DNA of 64,000 nt from Chloroherpetonaceae bacterium (GTDB lineage Bacteria; Bacteroidota; Chlorobiia; Chlorobiales; Thermochlorobacteraceae), in contig JBDNCJ010000005.1 in NCBI GenBank assembly GCA_046719715.1, forward strand, positions 876 through 64,875, in the 5' to 3' direction. The number at the start of each line of letters is the position of its first letter. Position 1 is the first letter of the stretch. The notes beneath the pieces are model-generated. The model saw only the letters and a list, made by a program, of their open reading frames with translations. It searched no databases and had not been told where the DNA came from. Both the position numbers and the translations under genes were made by a program. Shown here in pieces: positions 62,495 to 64,000 of the stretch.

Positions 62495-64000
62495 ATGTCC
62501 GATACACAACTTTTAACGGAGCAGGTTGCATTAACACTGCCCGACGGCTCTATTCGCCAATATCCAAAAGGCGCGACGGGAAATGACGTCGCAAAATCCA
62601 TCGGCAATAAACTCTTCGAAGCCGCGCTGGGCATCAAACTCAACGGCAAACTCCGAGATTTGAATCTGCCAATTGAAGAAGATGCAACGATTGAAATTAT
62701 CACCTTCGATTCCGACGAAGGGCGCGACCTCTATTGGCACAGTTCAAGTCACTTGATGGCACAAGCGATTGAAGAACTCTTTCCCGGAACAAAGTTCGGC
62801 GCAGGTCCCGCCATCGAGAGCGGATTTTATTACGACATTTCGTCGGAACACCGATTCACCGAAGACGATTTGCGGAAAATCGAAGAGCGAATGTTGGAGA
62901 TTTCCAAACGTGATTTGGTTATCACGCGCGAAGAACTGACAAAGGACGACGCGATTGAATACTTCAAAACTAAACGCATCGACCCGTATAAAGTTGAAAT
63001 TCTCGGAGGCATCAATGAACCCGTCGTCTCGATTTATCATCAAGGCGAGTTCGCCGACCTTTGCACCGGTCCGCATTTGCCGCGAACCTCGAAACTCAAG
63101 GCGGTTCGCCTAACCAACATTTCCGCGTCGTATTGGCGCGGCGATTCGAGCCGCGAACAAATGCAACGCATTTACGGCATCTCGTTCCCGTCGGAAAAAT
63201 TGCTCAAACAGCACTTCGCGCAACTCGAGGAAGCCAAAAAACGAGACCACCGAAAAATCGGGCAAGAGTTGGAACTCTTTCTCATTTCGCCGAAGGTCGG
63301 AAGCGGCTTGCCGATTTGGCTCCCGAAAGGCGCGACGCTTCGACAAGAACTCGAGAACTTTTTGAAAGACGAACAGTTCAAGCGCGGCTATCAAGCCGTT
63401 TATACGCCGCATATCGGCAGCATTGAACTGTACAAAACATCGGGGCATTATCCGTATTACAAAGACTCGCAATTCCCACCCGTTACATTCACTGACGAGA
63501 CGGGCAAAGAGGAACAGTATCTTTTGAAGCCGATGAACTGTCCGCACCATCATCAAATTTATGATGCGAAGCCGCGCAGTTATCGGGATTTGCCGATTCG
63601 CTTGGCAGAGTTCGGCACGGTTTATCGATACGAGCAATCGGGCGAACTCAACGGACTGACGCGGGCGCGCGGGTTTACGCAGGACGATTCGCACATCTAT
63701 TGCCGACAAGACCAACTTCAAGCCGAACTCTGCAACGTGATTGAACTCACGCAACTCGTCTTCTCGACGCTCGGATTCAAAGACGTGCAAACGCGCCTCT
63801 CGTTCCGCGATAAAGCCAACAAAGCCAAATACGGCGGCACCGACGAACTCTGGGAACAAGCCGAAAATGACGTGCGTGCCGCCGCTGAAAAAATGAACCT
63901 CAATTACTTTATCGGCATCGGCGAAGCGAGTTTTTACGGACCGAAAATCGATTTCATCGTCAAAGACGCGATTGGGCGCAAATGGCAACTCGGCACAGTG
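62495..64000 (+). CDS. thrS: threonyl-tRNA synthetase, N-terminal ~500 codons; gene runs off the window end
   Basis: Hand translation from the ATG at 62495 gives MSDTQLLTEQVALTLPDGSIRQYPKGATGNDVAKSIG... (TGS domain), then HSSSHLMAQAI, RDHRKIG and PMNCPHH. The frame stays open to 64000, so the gene is missing from the track, while several antisense shadow ORFs are listed. Confidence 0.93.
   Translation, partial: MSDTQLLTEQVALTLPDGSIRQYPKGATGNDVAKSIGNKLFEAALGIKLNGKLRDLNLPIEEDATIEIITFDSDEGRDLYWHSSSHLMAQAIEELFPGTKFGAGPAIESGFYYDISSEHRFTEDDLRKIEERMLEISKRDLVITREELTKDDAIEYFKTKRIDPYKVEILGGINEPVVSIYHQGEFADLCTGPHLPRTSKLKAVRLTNISASYWRGDSSREQMQRIYGISFPSEKLLKQHFAQLEEAKKRDHRKIGQELELFLISPKVGSGLPIWLPKGATLRQELENFLKDEQFKRGYQAVYTPHIGSIELYKTSGHYPYYKDSQFPPVTFTDETGKEEQYLLKPMNCPHHHQIYDAKPRSYRDLPIRLAEFGTVYRYEQSGELNGLTRARGFTQDDSHIYCRQDQLQAELCNVIELTQLVFSTLGFKDVQTRLSFRDKANKAKYGGTDELWEQAENDVRAAAEKMNLNYFIGIGEASFYGPKIDFIVKDAIGRKWQLGTV

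Noticed and set aside
62437-63988. Several minus-strand ORFs (88-292 aa) near the window end
   Set aside because: All are antisense to the open-ended thrS reading frame, which carries clear ThrRS motifs. The track lacks thrS only because the gene has no stop codon inside the window.

Overview
This 64-kb window is a chromosomal segment from a Fibrobacteres-Chlorobi-Bacteroidetes-type bacterium. Evidence for that placement: two proteins end in T9SS-type C-terminal sorting domains, TAnnTTTG-like promoter motifs occur upstream of several operons, and there are several Uma2/DUF2887 nuclease-fold genes. The species cannot be determined from the sequence alone. The window spans the replication-origin neighbourhood. 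On the minus strand the transcription order is dnaA, dnaN, recF, DUF721 (DciA-like), Uma2, gyrB. A DnaA-box-rich spacer separates dnaA from rpmH-rnpA-yidD-yidC on the plus strand. Most of the rest is housekeeping: fni, eno, ispF, clpP, groES-groEL with a perfect CIRCE operator, purK, a ROK kinase, tatA, a Cys/Met PLP enzyme, RNase G, dapD, rlmB, a tightly coupled glycan-modification operon (FkbM methyltransferase, SAM methyltransferase, GT4, flippase), lat, rnhB, ferredoxin, mnmE, an ECF sigma/anti-sigma cluster, trkA, rpsF-ssb-rpsR-rplI and the 5' part of thrS. I recognised no rRNA, tRNA, CRISPR array, transposase or integrase. The only clearly accessory stretch is about 53.3-56.0 kb. It is a decayed defence island containing collapsed restriction (res) and methylase (mod) remnants, an intact MazF/PemK toxin-antitoxin cassette bracketed by 30-bp imperfect direct repeats, and an overlapping two-gene module of unknown function whose second gene is frameshifted and truncated. 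Secondary oddities are an AT-rich orphan gene (18.6-19.2 kb), an AT-rich island at 34.3-35.5 kb, gene-remnant scars at 5.15-5.38 kb, and an ADP-ribosylglycohydrolase-like gene with a degenerate metal-binding motif coupled to fni. I did not find a convincing intact novel multi-gene system. The candidates below are ranked with that in mind. All family assignments come from reading motifs by eye, not from database searches.
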